From the IMG/VR virus record IMGVR_UViG_3300027971_004105: a stretch of DNA of 64,000 bases. One strand, given 5' to 3'. Below the pieces are notes generated by a model, which was given only the letters and a program-made list of their open reading frames with translations, did no database searches and was not told where the DNA came from. The position numbers and the translations under genes are program-made. This document shows positions 51,342 to 61,262 of the stretch, piece after piece (positions within the stretch are counted from its first letter, which is position 1; every line of letters begins with the position of its first letter). This stretch comes from a virus (Duplodnaviria > Caudoviricetes).

Positions 51342-51788
51342 CTAGTTGATTAAACCGTTGTTTTCATCAAACTTTAGACGCATGTTTTCAGAAATATTGT
51401 AGGGAAGATAGGTAAGATCACATTCTATTTGAATTCCACTCTCATAAGTGTCCACTGTGACTGAATTGACCTGCACTCTAGGGTCATAATTGACAATTTC
51501 TGTGACATTTTGTATGATGGCTTGCTTCATGTCTTCTGTCAGTGGTTCAAACAGTGCGTCCCATATAATTGTACCAAATTCAGGATTTTCTAATTTTTCT
51601 CCCTGACGGATGTGAAAATGATTCAACAAATCCTGTTTGATCAGTGCTATGTCATACAGATTAAAACTGTTGGCATCAGGATTCACTGTGCTGACACCTC
51701 TGTAGGCTCTAGGTCCCACAGGTGCCGAGGGTGTTTTGTTGGCTCGTACTGTGATGTCTTTGTATAATTTTTTCTCTTTGGTGCTCAT
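51342..51788 (-). CDS. gp25: Baseplate wedge subunit, T4 gp25-like
   Basis: LIKQDLLNHF..RQGE....PEFGT.IWD.LFEP...YDPRV. ATAAATA at 51794-51800. Confidence 0.85.
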   Translation of the reverse strand: MSTKEKKLYKDITVRANKTPSAPVGPRAYRGVSTVNPDANSFNLYDIALIKQDLLNHFHIRQGEKLENPEFGTIIWDALFEPLTEDMKQAIIQNVTEIVNYDPRVQVNSVTVDTYESGIQIECDLTYLPYNISENMRLKFDENNGLIN

Positions 51789-51803
51789 ATGAATATTTAT
51801 TCG

Positions 51804-53303
51804 TTAATTTTTTGTAAAAGTGTCCTTTATTTGAGTTAAAGAGGAATCGATGATGTTGTTAGGATTTTCTCTGTCTGTTAAATCATTACTAACATTGTTG
51901 GGATTTAAGTTTTCATGCTGTGGCCAAGGTTCATGTTGTGGCACACGTTTCATTATGTTTTCTGAATTTTCTCCTGGATTAGTGAATGTATTCAAAATAG
52001 AAGCACTGCCTGCTGCAGTGGCATCGGCTGTTCCTCCTGTTGGAAAATTTGAATATGCTTTTGATCCTGAACTGTATTGAACATCACTTTTAATATGAGT
52101 TTCACTGGTAGACGTGAAATAATTGTTGGCACTGTTCACATTTAAATTGGATCCTGTGGTTATAAACCCATCAGCACCTATCACTAGATTTAAATTTTGA
52201 TTGCTTTCCATTTGCACATTGTTTAATGCTTTAATATTCACATTGCGACCTGCTTCAATGTTCACATCTCTGTCTGCTTTAAAATTAAAATCTGTTTCTG
52301 TGTGAAAACTGATGCTGTCTTTGGCATACACATCTATTTTGCCATTGGCTGTTAATTCCACCCAAGTGGTGCCTTTTGAGTTGCCAATGTAGATCAAATC
52401 TTCTGAATTGTGCAGCAATATTTGATGACCTGTTCTGGTTCTGATACGCACCAGTTCATTGTGAGGTATGGTTTCATCGCCTTCCAACTCAAACAACTCT
52501 CTGCTCACATATTCTGAAGGACCTTCAGCTGCAGATGTTTTGCGCAAAAATTTATCGTCACCGTCATCCATCACAAAACTGCTGCCGCCCAATCTAGAAT
52601 AATATCTACCGCCTTTGCCTCGGGCATTGCCCTGTTTGTCCACAGGTCCTGGAGTGCTGATACCAAACACACTGCTGGGCACTTCTCGTCTGGCACTGCT
52701 GGTGGTTATTCCTCTGATTTCATCTTCCAATAATCCTTGACTGTTCAGTATGTCCACAAATCGTTGGTTGATGGGTTTTAAGTTTTTAGTACTGTCAGTT
52801 AAATTTCTAGTGTTGTCAATTAATTTTTTATTGTATTCTCCCACAGGTAATTTTTTTCCTCGTAATGTTGGATCATCGTTGACATCAGTGAATGAAGTTG
52901 CAGCTCTACCATCTGGCAGCATAAAATTTTGATTTTCTGCCTGCACACAACCAAACCAATAGCCCTTGTTGATGTTGCCTTCTACAAATATCACCAACAC
53001 TTTAACGCCCACATCAGGTGGCACAAACCACATACCATAACTTTGTTGGCTGTCTTGATAGCCACGATTCATTGTGACTCCATCATAGGAAGTGATACCA
53101 TAGAAAGGACTGCAGTATTTCACATTCACTCTTTGTCCCACTTCAAAAGGATCATTGCCACTCACACTGGCTTTGAGCAGTTCCACTTCCAGCGTGCCGG
53201 AATATTTGGTGTCCAGATGACTGGTCACTATGGCTTCATATGGGCCAGGATCTTTGACCATTTGGTCTCTGGTTGAATCTCTTTTTTGTGTACCTCTAAA
53301 CAT
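51804..53303 (-). CDS. gp5: Baseplate hub/central spike, gp5-like (OB fold plus beta-helix)
   Basis: GMWFVPPDVGVKVLVIF, RIRTRTGHQILLH, beta-helix repeats. No lysozyme domain seen. Confidence 0.7.
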   Translation of the reverse strand: MFRGTQKRDSTRDQMVKDPGPYEAIVTSHLDTKYSGTLEVELLKASVSGNDPFEVGQRVNVKYCSPFYGITSYDGVTMNRGYQDSQQSYGMWFVPPDVGVKVLVIFVEGNINKGYWFGCVQAENQNFMLPDGRAATSFTDVNDDPTLRGKKLPVGEYNKKLIDNTRNLTDSTKNLKPINQRFVDILNSQGLLEDEIRGITTSSARREVPSSVFGISTPGPVDKQGNARGKGGRYYSRLGGSSFVMDDGDDKFLRKTSAAEGPSEYVSRELFELEGDETIPHNELVRIRTRTGHQILLHNSEDLIYIGNSKGTTWVELTANGKIDVYAKDSISFHTETDFNFKADRDVNIEAGRNVNIKALNNVQMESNQNLNLVIGADGFITTGSNLNVNSANNYFTSTSETHIKSDVQYSSGSKAYSNFPTGGTADATAAGSASILNTFTNPGENSENIMKRVPQHEPWPQHENLNPNNVSNDLTDRENPNNIIDSSLTQIKDTFTKN

Positions 53304-53327
53304 TATGCTCCTGTGTATTCATAAATT

Positions 53328-55562
53328 TTAAAACTCTGGAGTAAATCCATCAGATTCTTTTCCAAAATCAGTTGCTGGTCCCAATGCTTTGTTGTCTTTT
53401 TCTGGTTTTTTCTTAACTTCTTGATTTTGTAATCTTATGCACTGCAATTCTTGTTTGAACACAGCACCTTGAAAAATATTATTGACCATGTTCACTTTAT
53501 ATATACCACTGAAAGCAGGCACTGGTATGAATCTTTCTGCTTGCTGAGCAGTGTCTCTAAACATGGTTTCACCATTGCTGCCATAATCAATGGGCGTTCT
53601 AAAATTAATAGCAATATAAACTCCTGAATAAGTGCCTTCCATGGCTCCATCTTTGTTTATAAATTTAGATGGTTTGCCATTGGCATCGGGTTTGATGGAT
53701 GCATAGTAATTGCCCATACCGCTGTCTGCTATGTAATAAGGATCACCCAGAATGGTCAAATTCACTGTGATTAAATCTGCATTGCTGTGTATGATTGCTT
53801 CATTGAATTCCAAAGCCAATCTTTGTTCATCTGACAAACCGCTGATAGCTTCATATAGATTGAATTGTCTACGCACCACTCCCATGGAAGATGTGCCCGA
53901 TCCGGTGTTTGAATCTGCTGTGTCTCCTGGTGTGCTGTCCGAACTATTGTTGCCATCTTTGGAATCTCTGTCTTTGTCATCTGGTCTACTTTTGGATTTG
54001 GCTTGATCTGAGGGTAATATTGCAAGAAAAGCAAAATTGTATTTCAGTTGAAAATCCAATACATCAAGATTTTTTCCTGTGTAAAGATAATCATATTCTT
54101 TCACAATCTGTGATTCTATATCTTTGGTTTCTGTTTTTACATTGGGTTTGGCAAATGATGATTCATGCACATCATAAGGTATCACATCATACACAAAAAG
54201 ATAAGGATTTCTTCCATACTTTTGCATGATGTCGTCGTCTTTGATTATGAAAGTTCTGGTAGATATTCTAAACCATTTTTTAAATGTTCCACTGTTGTCG
54301 TTCAAAGATTTAGCAGCATATTCGCTGAAAGTTATCACTGTGGTTATAATATTTTCAATATTGCTGCCTTGTTTGAAACTTAATTTTCTAAGGTTTAAAT
54401 CTTTGCCTATTTGAGCAGTGTCTATAACTTTGCTGTTTTTGTCATATCCAAGATTTTGAGCCACATTTTCCACTTGTGAAGAACTGACTAAAAGTTTGAC
54501 TCCGCCTATGGCATTCAATGAGTCTTTGTTTTGTTTGTAAGACAGTCCTTTGGGAGTGCTGTTAACATCTGTGTTGGTGCCCACTAATACTTTGCGTTGT
54601 TCATTAGGTGTGATTTTGCCTGCTGTTGCTGCATCACTGCTGGGTGTGATTGTGTTTTGTCTGTTTTGCAATGCTTCTGGTGTGGGAAAATTTATAATGT
54701 AATCATCTATTTTGTGTTTTCTTTGGTCTTTGTCTTGATTGCTTTTATCTTTGATTTGATTCAGTTGATCTTGCAAACTTACCTGCAACATTTCTTGCAC
54801 TGTGCTGCCTTTCAGTGTGATATCTGTGTTGATGGACTGTATAACTCCATCCAAAGCAAATTCATTCCATGCAGTGGCTTGACAAGCATAGGTGGATCCT
54901 GCTTGGTTGGCTTCAAAATCTATTTGAACAATTTTGATAGGTATTATTCTTTTGGATCCTTCCACATTATAAATTTTGCCTGTTTCATCATACCCTTTGA
55001 ATTCCATCATCAAACAATAAGGAGCAGTGGTATGATTTTTGTGACCGCAAGAAGCTGCCACAGTTCTTAAAGTTTCTATGAATGTGCCCAAACTGTAGGG
55101 TTCTATCACAGTAAAATTTATTTTGTAAGCATTGGTGTGTTTGGTTTTTGGATTGGGTGATATCACTGTGTTTATATCCACATCTGTGATGAAAAATTCT
55201 CTGGCAGCTGTGCCTGAATTGCTGCCATCCAATGGCTTATCATATTGAGTGGGAAATTTACTTGCGCTGGATCCACCGTTTCGCAATATAACTTTTTCAG
55301 GAGTTTTGATTCTTAAACTGTAGGGATTGTTGATTTCATCCACAGTCAAACAACTCAGTGTGAAAATTGTGTTGAAACTGCTGAATTTGTGCAATACATT
55401 TTTTTGAACATTGGGACTGGTCTCTGCAGCCACATAGTAAGTGCCGCCATCTTCATCTCTTTGTTCCTTGTATGTTTTTCTTCCGTTGAAGTTTTGAATG
55501 GTGTTACCGCCAGCATCTTTGAATTGTACTGAGATGTTGTCATTATTTTTTATAATGGACAT
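53328..55562 (-). CDS. Baseplate hub/tail protein (gp27-like)
   Basis: Position between gp5-like and gp53-like genes. EPYSLG.F, LTILGDPYY, FSGIYKV..V.N.F..G.FKQEL motifs. Confidence 0.55.
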   Translation of the reverse strand: MSIIKNNDNISVQFKDAGGNTIQNFNGRKTYKEQRDEDGGTYYVAAETSPNVQKNVLHKFSSFNTIFTLSCLTVDEINNPYSLRIKTPEKVILRNGGSSASKFPTQYDKPLDGSNSGTAAREFFITDVDINTVISPNPKTKHTNAYKINFTVIEPYSLGTFIETLRTVAASCGHKNHTTAPYCLMMEFKGYDETGKIYNVEGSKRIIPIKIVQIDFEANQAGSTYACQATAWNEFALDGVIQSINTDITLKGSTVQEMLQVSLQDQLNQIKDKSNQDKDQRKHKIDDYIINFPTPEALQNRQNTITPSSDAATAGKITPNEQRKVLVGTNTDVNSTPKGLSYKQNKDSLNAIGGVKLLVSSSQVENVAQNLGYDKNSKVIDTAQIGKDLNLRKLSFKQGSNIENIITTVITFSEYAAKSLNDNSGTFKKWFRISTRTFIIKDDDIMQKYGRNPYLFVYDVIPYDVHESSFAKPNVKTETKDIESQIVKEYDYLYTGKNLDVLDFQLKYNFAFLAILPSDQAKSKSRPDDKDRDSKDGNNSSDSTPGDTADSNTGSGTSSMGVVRRQFNLYEAISGLSDEQRLALEFNEAIIHSNADLITVNLTILGDPYYIADSGMGNYYASIKPDANGKPSKFINKDGAMEGTYSGVYIAINFRTPIDYGSNGETMFRDTAQQAERFIPVPAFSGIYKVNMVNNIFQGAVFKQELQCIRLQNQEVKKKPEKDNKALGPATDFGKESDGFTPEF

Positions 55563-55563
55563 T

Positions 55564-55866
55564 TTATAATCCTAATAGTGATCTTAATTTAGGACCTTGA
55601 GGTAGATAAATTTTTAAATCAGCCACCAAATCATAGATGGGATCTTTCAATGCTTCAGGATTTCTTTGTGAGAATACCCACCAAAGTTTTGTGGATCCAT
55701 ACAAGTCATAGGCCAATAGATCTGGTCTGTGAGTGTATTGAACTTCCACTGTGTATAGAACATCGTCGCTGGTTTCGGGCACAGGTCTGATGCTTAACAA
55801 TCCTAAATATTGTTCATTGACAGTTTCTGTGTTGTGCCAAGGACTCATAATGCTGTATGTGGCCAT
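55564..55866 (-). CDS. gp53: Baseplate wedge protein, gp53/LysM-like
   Basis: RPDLLAYDLYGSTKLWWVF. Confidence 0.75.
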   Translation of the reverse strand: MATYSIMSPWHNTETVNEQYLGLLSIRPVPETSDDVLYTVEVQYTHRPDLLAYDLYGSTKLWWVFSQRNPEALKDPIYDLVADLKIYLPQGPKLRSLLGL

Positions 55867-56714
55867 TAGATAAATCCTCCAGATTTTTTGATATATTCTC
55901 CATTTATAAAACTATCCATGTTGAATTGTGAAATGGTAGATCTTGAATATTGAGGCTGCACTGTCACTGTCAACAAACTTTGTGTGGGTGCCCATGCTGC
56001 TGTGTTGTATTGTTCTGTTTGACCTTCCAACTCAGGCACTTCCAAAGTGCAACTGATATAATCCACATCCTGAGGTAGATCAAATTGAAACTGAGTCACA
56101 ATCACTGGAATATTTTTAAAAACAAAATCTCCATAGCCATTCAATAAAACCACTGGTGGTGGTGATCCAGCATCTGAACTTGATTCACCATATTTCATTT
56201 TGGTCACTGATCGCAAATAATGAACAGCTGCCACCCAGTATCTGGCTTCCAAAGCATTCTGCACAAAAAAATCAGCATTGATTGTGATCTGATCCACTGT
56301 ACTGTTGTTGTAAGCGTTCATGGTATAATTTGTGTGTACAGGATTAATAGGCGTGTAGGATGCGTTGTGACTCACAATGATGGAAGGTGTGTAGGGAAAA
56401 CACAAACCTCCGGTTTTTGTCAAAGGTGCCATGGCTTCTCCCACAAAGTGTGAAGGCAAACTTAATTTTACTCTCCAATCTTTTTCTCCAGGTTTGGTGG
56501 CTGTGGTGGCCTGAGTGAGTGTTTTGGTTCCTGCAATGCCATCTTTTGGTAAAAATTTAGATCTGATGTTTGACACAAGATTGGCAGGATTGGTGAAAGC
56601 CTGCACTGAAGCAGCCGCTTTTCCAGCTATGTTGGCTGCAGTGCTGCCCACTCCACCCAAAAAATTGTTCACTGCTAGTGCTGGATCTATGTTGTCGTTT
56701 CTGTCTATTGGCAT
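55866..56714 (-). CDS. Tail tube initiator/baseplate protein (gp48/gp54-like)
   Basis: FPYTPSI...H.NY...Y.NS..D.ITI..DF, PPP...L.GYG...F...PV.V. Start at 56714 lies downstream of a late promoter. Confidence 0.55.
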   Translation of the reverse strand: MPIDRNDNIDPALAVNNFLGGVGSTAANIAGKAAASVQAFTNPANLVSNIRSKFLPKDGIAGTKTLTQATTATKPGEKDWRVKLSLPSHFVGEAMAPLTKTGGLCFPYTPSIIVSHNASYTPINPVHTNYTMNAYNNSTVDQITINADFFVQNALEARYWVAAVHYLRSVTKMKYGESSSDAGSPPPVVLLNGYGDFVFKNIPVIVTQFQFDLPQDVDYISCTLEVPELEGQTEQYNTAAWAPTQSLLTVTVQPQYSRSTISQFNMDSFINGEYIKKSGGFI

Positions 56715-56733
56715 ATGGTTACCTTTTCTCAAG

Positions 56734-56740
56734 TATTTAT
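56734..56740 (-). promoter_or_regulatory. Late promoter ATAAATA for the baseplate operon
   Basis: TATTTAT on the plus strand at 56734-56740. Confidence 0.65.
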
Positions 56741-56768
56741 TGACAAAATTAACTGGGTAGTTTATACT
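56740..56768 (+). promoter_or_regulatory. sigma70-type promoter TTGACA-N17-TATACT for gp55
   Basis: -35 at 56740-56745, -10 at 56763-56768. AAAGGA Shine-Dalgarno before the ATG at 56793. Confidence 0.85.
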
Positions 56769-56792
56769 GAAGGCTAATTATAAAGGAATTCG

Positions 56793-57617
56793 ATGAAAAA
56801 AATCAACTACCTCAACAACAAAGATCTGTTGGAAGAAATACACAAATCCAAGAACAGCTATTGCAGTTACCTCAAAGATGAACATCACAGATATGATGCT
56901 ATTGTATCCTCATTGGAAAAGATCAATGTGAGAACCATTGCCGAAGCCAAAAGAGTCAGAGCCAAAAGACTATCAGTGGAAGAATTTGAAAGACGCAAAG
57001 CAGTGGATCCCAAAGTGAAACTGTCTGAATGTGAAGTGGACTATAAAAAAATTCAAAAGGAAGATTTGGTGTTCAGAGTGATGACCTATGATCACATACC
57101 CAATGAACCTGGACGCAAAAAAAATCCCAAGAGTTCAGCAGACTCCAAAGTTAAAGTAAACTTTCCTGCCTTCCAACACTGGAAGTTTGACAGCAAAGAC
57201 AATCTTTCATGTGTGGGCAAAAGTCATTGGGAAGGTGGCTTGCACAATGGCAAGTTTACTAAAGTAAGTGGTAAACCCACTGCCAAGTTGGCCATGATGT
57301 GGATGAAACTGTGTGAACGTTATGCCACCCGAGGCAATGTGAGAGGTTACACCTACAATGACGAGATGCAAGGACAGGCCATACTGCAGCTGACTCAGAT
57401 TGGATTGCAATTTGATGAATCAAAGTCCAACAATCCATTTGCTTACTACACAGCAGCAGTGACCAATTCTTTTGTGAGAATCATCAACATTGAAAAAAGA
57501 AATCAAAATATCAGAGATGATATTATGGAAATGAATGATATGATGCCTAGTTTTACCAGACAGAACAAAGAGTCATACGACAAAGCCATTGATAGAGAAT
57601 TTAAAAAGAAATCCTAA
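56793..57617 (+). CDS. gp55: Late-transcription sigma factor, T4 gp55-like
   Basis: NYLNNKDLL, Y.YNDEM...A, FDESKSNNPFAYYT.....SF.R....EK. Matching late promoters occur across the window. Confidence 0.85.
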   Translation: MKKINYLNNKDLLEEIHKSKNSYCSYLKDEHHRYDAIVSSLEKINVRTIAEAKRVRAKRLSVEEFERRKAVDPKVKLSECEVDYKKIQKEDLVFRVMTYDHIPNEPGRKKNPKSSADSKVKVNFPAFQHWKFDSKDNLSCVGKSHWEGGLHNGKFTKVSGKPTAKLAMMWMKLCERYATRGNVRGYTYNDEMQGQAILQLTQIGLQFDESKSNNPFAYYTAAVTNSFVRIINIEKRNQNIRDDIMEMNDMMPSFTRQNKESYDKAIDREFKKKS

Positions 57618-57621
57618 AAGA

Positions 57622-57650
57622 TTGACTTATTTTGGTTTTTGCCTTACAAT
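57622..57650 (+). promoter_or_regulatory. sigma70-type promoter TTGACT-N17-TACAAT
   Basis: -35 at 57622-57627, -10 at 57645-57650, upstream of gp47. Confidence 0.75.
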
Positions 57651-57674
57651 ATCAATTTAAAGGAAGATATTTGA

Positions 57675-58682
57675 ATGTTTAAAAAAGCAGCAGTGTTCAC
57701 TGACATACACTTTGGTTTAAAAAGCAACAGTGTGATACACAATCAAGACTGTGAAGAATTTGTGGATTGGTTTATTGATCAAGCCAAACAAAACAATTGC
57801 GAAACAGGCATATTCTGTGGCGATTGGCATCACAATAGAAATTCATTAAACTTGATGACCATGGATGTTTCTATCAAATGTTTGGAAAAACTGGGCAAAG
57901 CATTTGAAAAGTTTTATTTCTTTCCTGGTAATCACGATTTATATTACAAAGACAAACGAGATATTCATTCAGTGGAGTTTGCTAGATTTATTCCAGGCAT
58001 CACTGTGGTCACAGAGACCACCACCATAGATGATGTTACTTTGGTGCCTTGGTTGGTGGGTGATGAATACAAACAAATTAAAAAAATCAAAAGTAGATAC
58101 ATGTTTGGTCATTTTGAATTGCCACACTTCTTAATGAATGCCATGATAGAGATGCCAGACACTGGATTGATACAGACTGGAGACTTTGTGAGTCAAGAAT
58201 ATGTGTTCACAGGACATTTTCACAAACGTCAAACAGCAAAAAATATACATTACATAGGCAATCCCATGCCACACAACTATGCTGACGTGAATGATGATCA
58301 ACGAGGCATGATGATTATGGAACATGGTGGCACTCCCAGATATATCAACTGGTTCAATTGTCCCAGATATCTAAAAGTTAATCTGGGCGAGCTATTGAAT
58401 GATGCCAAAAATATTATCAAACCCAAAATGCATTTGCAAGTTACACTGGACATAGACATTAGCTATGAAGAAGCCAGCTTTATCAAAGAAACTTTTATAA
58501 AAGATTACAACTGCAGAGAGATTGTATTAATTCCAGGCAAAAAAGACGATGAAATGACCAGCACATTGGACATTACTCGTTTTGAATCTGTGGATGAAAT
58601 AGTCAGCAAAGAAATCAATGCCATAGAATCAGACAGTTACAACAAAAATACACTGCTGGAAATTTACAGAGATCTACAATGA
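57675..58682 (+). CDS. gp47: Recombination endonuclease subunit, gp47/Mre11/SbcD-like
   Basis: FTDIHFG, GDWHH, GNHD, GHFE, GHFH metallophosphoesterase motifs. Confidence 0.95.
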   Translation: MFKKAAVFTDIHFGLKSNSVIHNQDCEEFVDWFIDQAKQNNCETGIFCGDWHHNRNSLNLMTMDVSIKCLEKLGKAFEKFYFFPGNHDLYYKDKRDIHSVEFARFIPGITVVTETTTIDDVTLVPWLVGDEYKQIKKIKSRYMFGHFELPHFLMNAMIEMPDTGLIQTGDFVSQEYVFTGHFHKRQTAKNIHYIGNPMPHNYADVNDDQRGMMIMEHGGTPRYINWFNCPRYLKVNLGELLNDAKNIIKPKMHLQVTLDIDISYEEASFIKETFIKDYNCREIVLIPGKKDDEMTSTLDITRFESVDEIVSKEINAIESDSYNKNTLLEIYRDLQ

Positions 58683-60457
58683 TAAAAATTAAGAGTCTAA
58701 CAGTTAAAAATTTCATGAGTGTGGGCAATCAAACCCAAGGAGTGGATTTTGACAATCAAAGACTCACACTGGTGTTGGGAGAGAATTTGGATCAAGGTGG
58801 AGATGATGCTGGCAGCAGAAACGGCACCGGTAAAACCACATTGATCAATGCATTGAGTTATGGTTTGTTTGGAGAAGCACTCACAAAAATACGCAGAGAA
58901 AATTTAGTCAACAAGACCAACAACAAAAACATGTTGGTCACATTAACTTTTGAGAAAGATGGTATAAAATATCGTATTGAAAGGGGCAGACGTCCTAATA
59001 CACTGAGATACTTTATCAATGACAGTGAACAAGAGATCACTGATGAGAGCCAAGGAGACAGTCGTATGACACAGGCTGCTATCAATCACATGTTGGGATT
59101 ATCACATTCCATGTTCAAACACATATTGGCATTGAACACTTACACTGAACCGTTTTTAAGCATGAGTGCCAGTGATCAGAAAGATATCATTGAACAATTG
59201 TTGGGCATCACACTGCTGAGCGAGAAAGCAGAATTGCTCAAAGACAAGATCAGAGTCAGCAAAGAAGACACAGCCATGGAGAATGCTCGTTTGGAAGGTT
59301 TAAAGATGAGCAATGAGAAGATCAAAGAGACCATCAATTCATTGAGCAACAAAGAAAAAATTTGGAACACACAAAAAAATTTAGACGTTGAAAAACTTAA
59401 AAAGTCCATCACAGAGTTGGAAGCAGTTAACATTGAACAAGAACTGGTGTCGCATCAACAGTTGGAAGAATGGACCAAATTCAACAATGAACTAAAACAA
59501 TTACAAAAGGACAAGAGCAGTTTGGAAATAACACTGTTGCAATCAGACAAAACAGTCAAAAAAGTAGGACAGGATTTGGATAATTTGCATGACAACTCTT
59601 CTTGTTATGCATGTGGTCAGGAATTGCACAACGATAAATTTTGTGAAATACAATTGAAACTGGAAGAAGAGTATGGTGATGCTGTGAATTACAACATGAG
59701 CATTGTGGATGAAATTGCTGTGATAGAAGAAGCAGTCAAATTGCTGGGCGCACAAGCACAGCGTCCTGATACATTTTACGACACCATCAAAGAGGCCTAT
59801 GAACACAGACAGTATTTGGAAACCTACAAGACCACATTGAAAAACAAAGAATTGGAACAGAATCCTTATGTGGATCAAATCACAGAGCTGAGCACAGAAG
59901 CACTGCAAGAATTGGATTGGAGTGAAGTGAATCGTTTGCAAACACTCAAAGACCATCAAGAATTTTTATTAAAACTGTTGACCAACAAGGACAGTTTCAT
60001 AAGAAAGAAGATCATAGATCAAAATTTGGCATTCTTAAACAACAGATTAACACACTATCTCACAGCACTGGGCTTGCCACACACAGTCACATTCAAAAAC
60101 GATTTGAGTGTGGAAATCACTCTATTGGGTCAGGATTTGGACTTTGATAATTTGAGCAGAGGTGAACGTAATAGATTGATATTGGGATTGAGCTTTGCTT
60201 TCCGCGATGTTTGGGAGAGTTTGTATCAGGATATCAACCTGTTGTTCATAGATGAATTGATAGATTCTGGTTTGGACACAGCAGGTGTGGAATCATCCTT
60301 GGCCATATTGAAACGCATGAGCAGAGAACGAGGCAAGAGCATATATCTAATCAGTCACAAAGACGAATTAATGGGCAGAGTAAACAACACATTAAAAGTA
60401 ATCAAAGAAAATGGATTCACTTCCTACAGCAATGCTGTGGAAGTGCATGAAATTTAA
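58679..60457 (+). CDS. gp46: Recombination endonuclease ATPase subunit, gp46/Rad50/SbcC-like
   Basis: KNFMSVG, GSRNGTGKT Walker A, CYACGQ zinc hook, LSRGE signature, LFIDE Walker B, ISH. Confidence 0.95.
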   Translation: MIKIKSLTVKNFMSVGNQTQGVDFDNQRLTLVLGENLDQGGDDAGSRNGTGKTTLINALSYGLFGEALTKIRRENLVNKTNNKNMLVTLTFEKDGIKYRIERGRRPNTLRYFINDSEQEITDESQGDSRMTQAAINHMLGLSHSMFKHILALNTYTEPFLSMSASDQKDIIEQLLGITLLSEKAELLKDKIRVSKEDTAMENARLEGLKMSNEKIKETINSLSNKEKIWNTQKNLDVEKLKKSITELEAVNIEQELVSHQQLEEWTKFNNELKQLQKDKSSLEITLLQSDKTVKKVGQDLDNLHDNSSCYACGQELHNDKFCEIQLKLEEEYGDAVNYNMSIVDEIAVIEEAVKLLGAQAQRPDTFYDTIKEAYEHRQYLETYKTTLKNKELEQNPYVDQITELSTEALQELDWSEVNRLQTLKDHQEFLLKLLTNKDSFIRKKIIDQNLAFLNNRLTHYLTALGLPHTVTFKNDLSVEITLLGQDLDFDNLSRGERNRLILGLSFAFRDVWESLYQDINLLFIDELIDSGLDTAGVESSLAILKRMSRERGKSIYLISHKDELMGRVNNTLKVIKENGFTSYSNAVEVHEI

Positions 60458-60465
60458 AAGGATTT

Positions 60466-60666
60466 ATGGACGACACACACGATCAGTTGACCAAGGCCTA
60501 CATGAACTATTTCAAATACAATGAAAAGTTTGCCAAAAGACCCAGCCGTCAGAGCAAAATACATTCACGCAAATGGTTGAGTGAGATACGCAAACTCAGT
60601 CGCACTCGCCGAGCAGAGATTGTGCGTGAATACAACCAGCACAAAGACCGCACTCGCAAACAGTAG
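60466..60666 (+). CDS. Small basic hypothetical protein
   Basis: AAGGA Shine-Dalgarno. 66 aa, Arg/Lys-rich. Confidence 0.65.
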   Translation: MDDTHDQLTKAYMNYFKYNEKFAKRPSRQSKIHSRKWLSEIRKLSRTRRAEIVREYNQHKDRTRKQ

Positions 60667-60830
60667 CACGGCGCAGCCGCTGCGGTAGACGCTACAGTTT
60701 GTACGAAGTACAAAACTGCGGCACAAAAATTTTTTTTCTCCTTTTGGTACCAAAATATTTCTGTCACTGCCAAAATATTCACAATATTCAAGACTGCTGC
60801 AGAGAAAATCATGTCACAGTAAGTACCAGT

Positions 60831-61262
60831 ATGCCATGGATGTATCAAGACCAACCCATAGATTCTCTGCCGGAAGGCACAGTGGGATTTGTGTATCTGA
60901 TCACCAATCTTGTCACAGGTCGCAAGTATGTGGGCAAGAAGCTGGCACAGTTCAAAAAATCTCGTCCGCCTCTCAAAGGTCGCAGCAACAGACGTCGCAG
61001 TCTGGTGGAGAGTGATTGGAGAGACTATTGGGGCAGCAACGATGTGCTGATGATGGATGTGCAGCAGCAGGGCGAGGATCAGTTCACCAGACAAATACTC
61101 TACATCTGTCGCAGTCGCGGCGTGATGGGCTATTTGGAGGCTCTGGAACAGTTTGAACGCAGAGTGCTGGAGTCGGATGAATACTACAATGGCATCATCA
61201 ATGTGAGAATAGGCAGCAGCAATTTATTGCGAGAAGAATTAAAAAGGCTCAAGGCAAAATGA
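60831..61262 (+). CDS. GIY-YIG-like (Seg-type) nuclease-fold protein
   Basis: GFVYLITNLVTGRKYVGKK, YWGS, E...Q......YYN. Start placed at the ATG at 60831, 5 nt after GTAAGTA. Confidence 0.75.
   Translation: MPWMYQDQPIDSLPEGTVGFVYLITNLVTGRKYVGKKLAQFKKSRPPLKGRSNRRRSLVESDWRDYWGSNDVLMMDVQQQGEDQFTRQILYICRSRGVMGYLEALEQFERRVLESDEYYNGIINVRIGSSNLLREELKRLKAK

Noticed and set aside
1-60000. Apparent excess of TG/CA and GATC words suggesting methylation-driven bias
   Set aside because: Visual impression only. It needs k-mer observed/expected statistics corrected for codon usage, which I could not compute.
60549-61094. 181-aa minus-strand ORF and the 60699 extended start of the GIY-YIG ORF
   Set aside because: Antisense shadow of real plus-strand genes in a GC-richer region. 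The extension upstream of 60831 crosses palindromic non-coding sequence and lacks family motifs.
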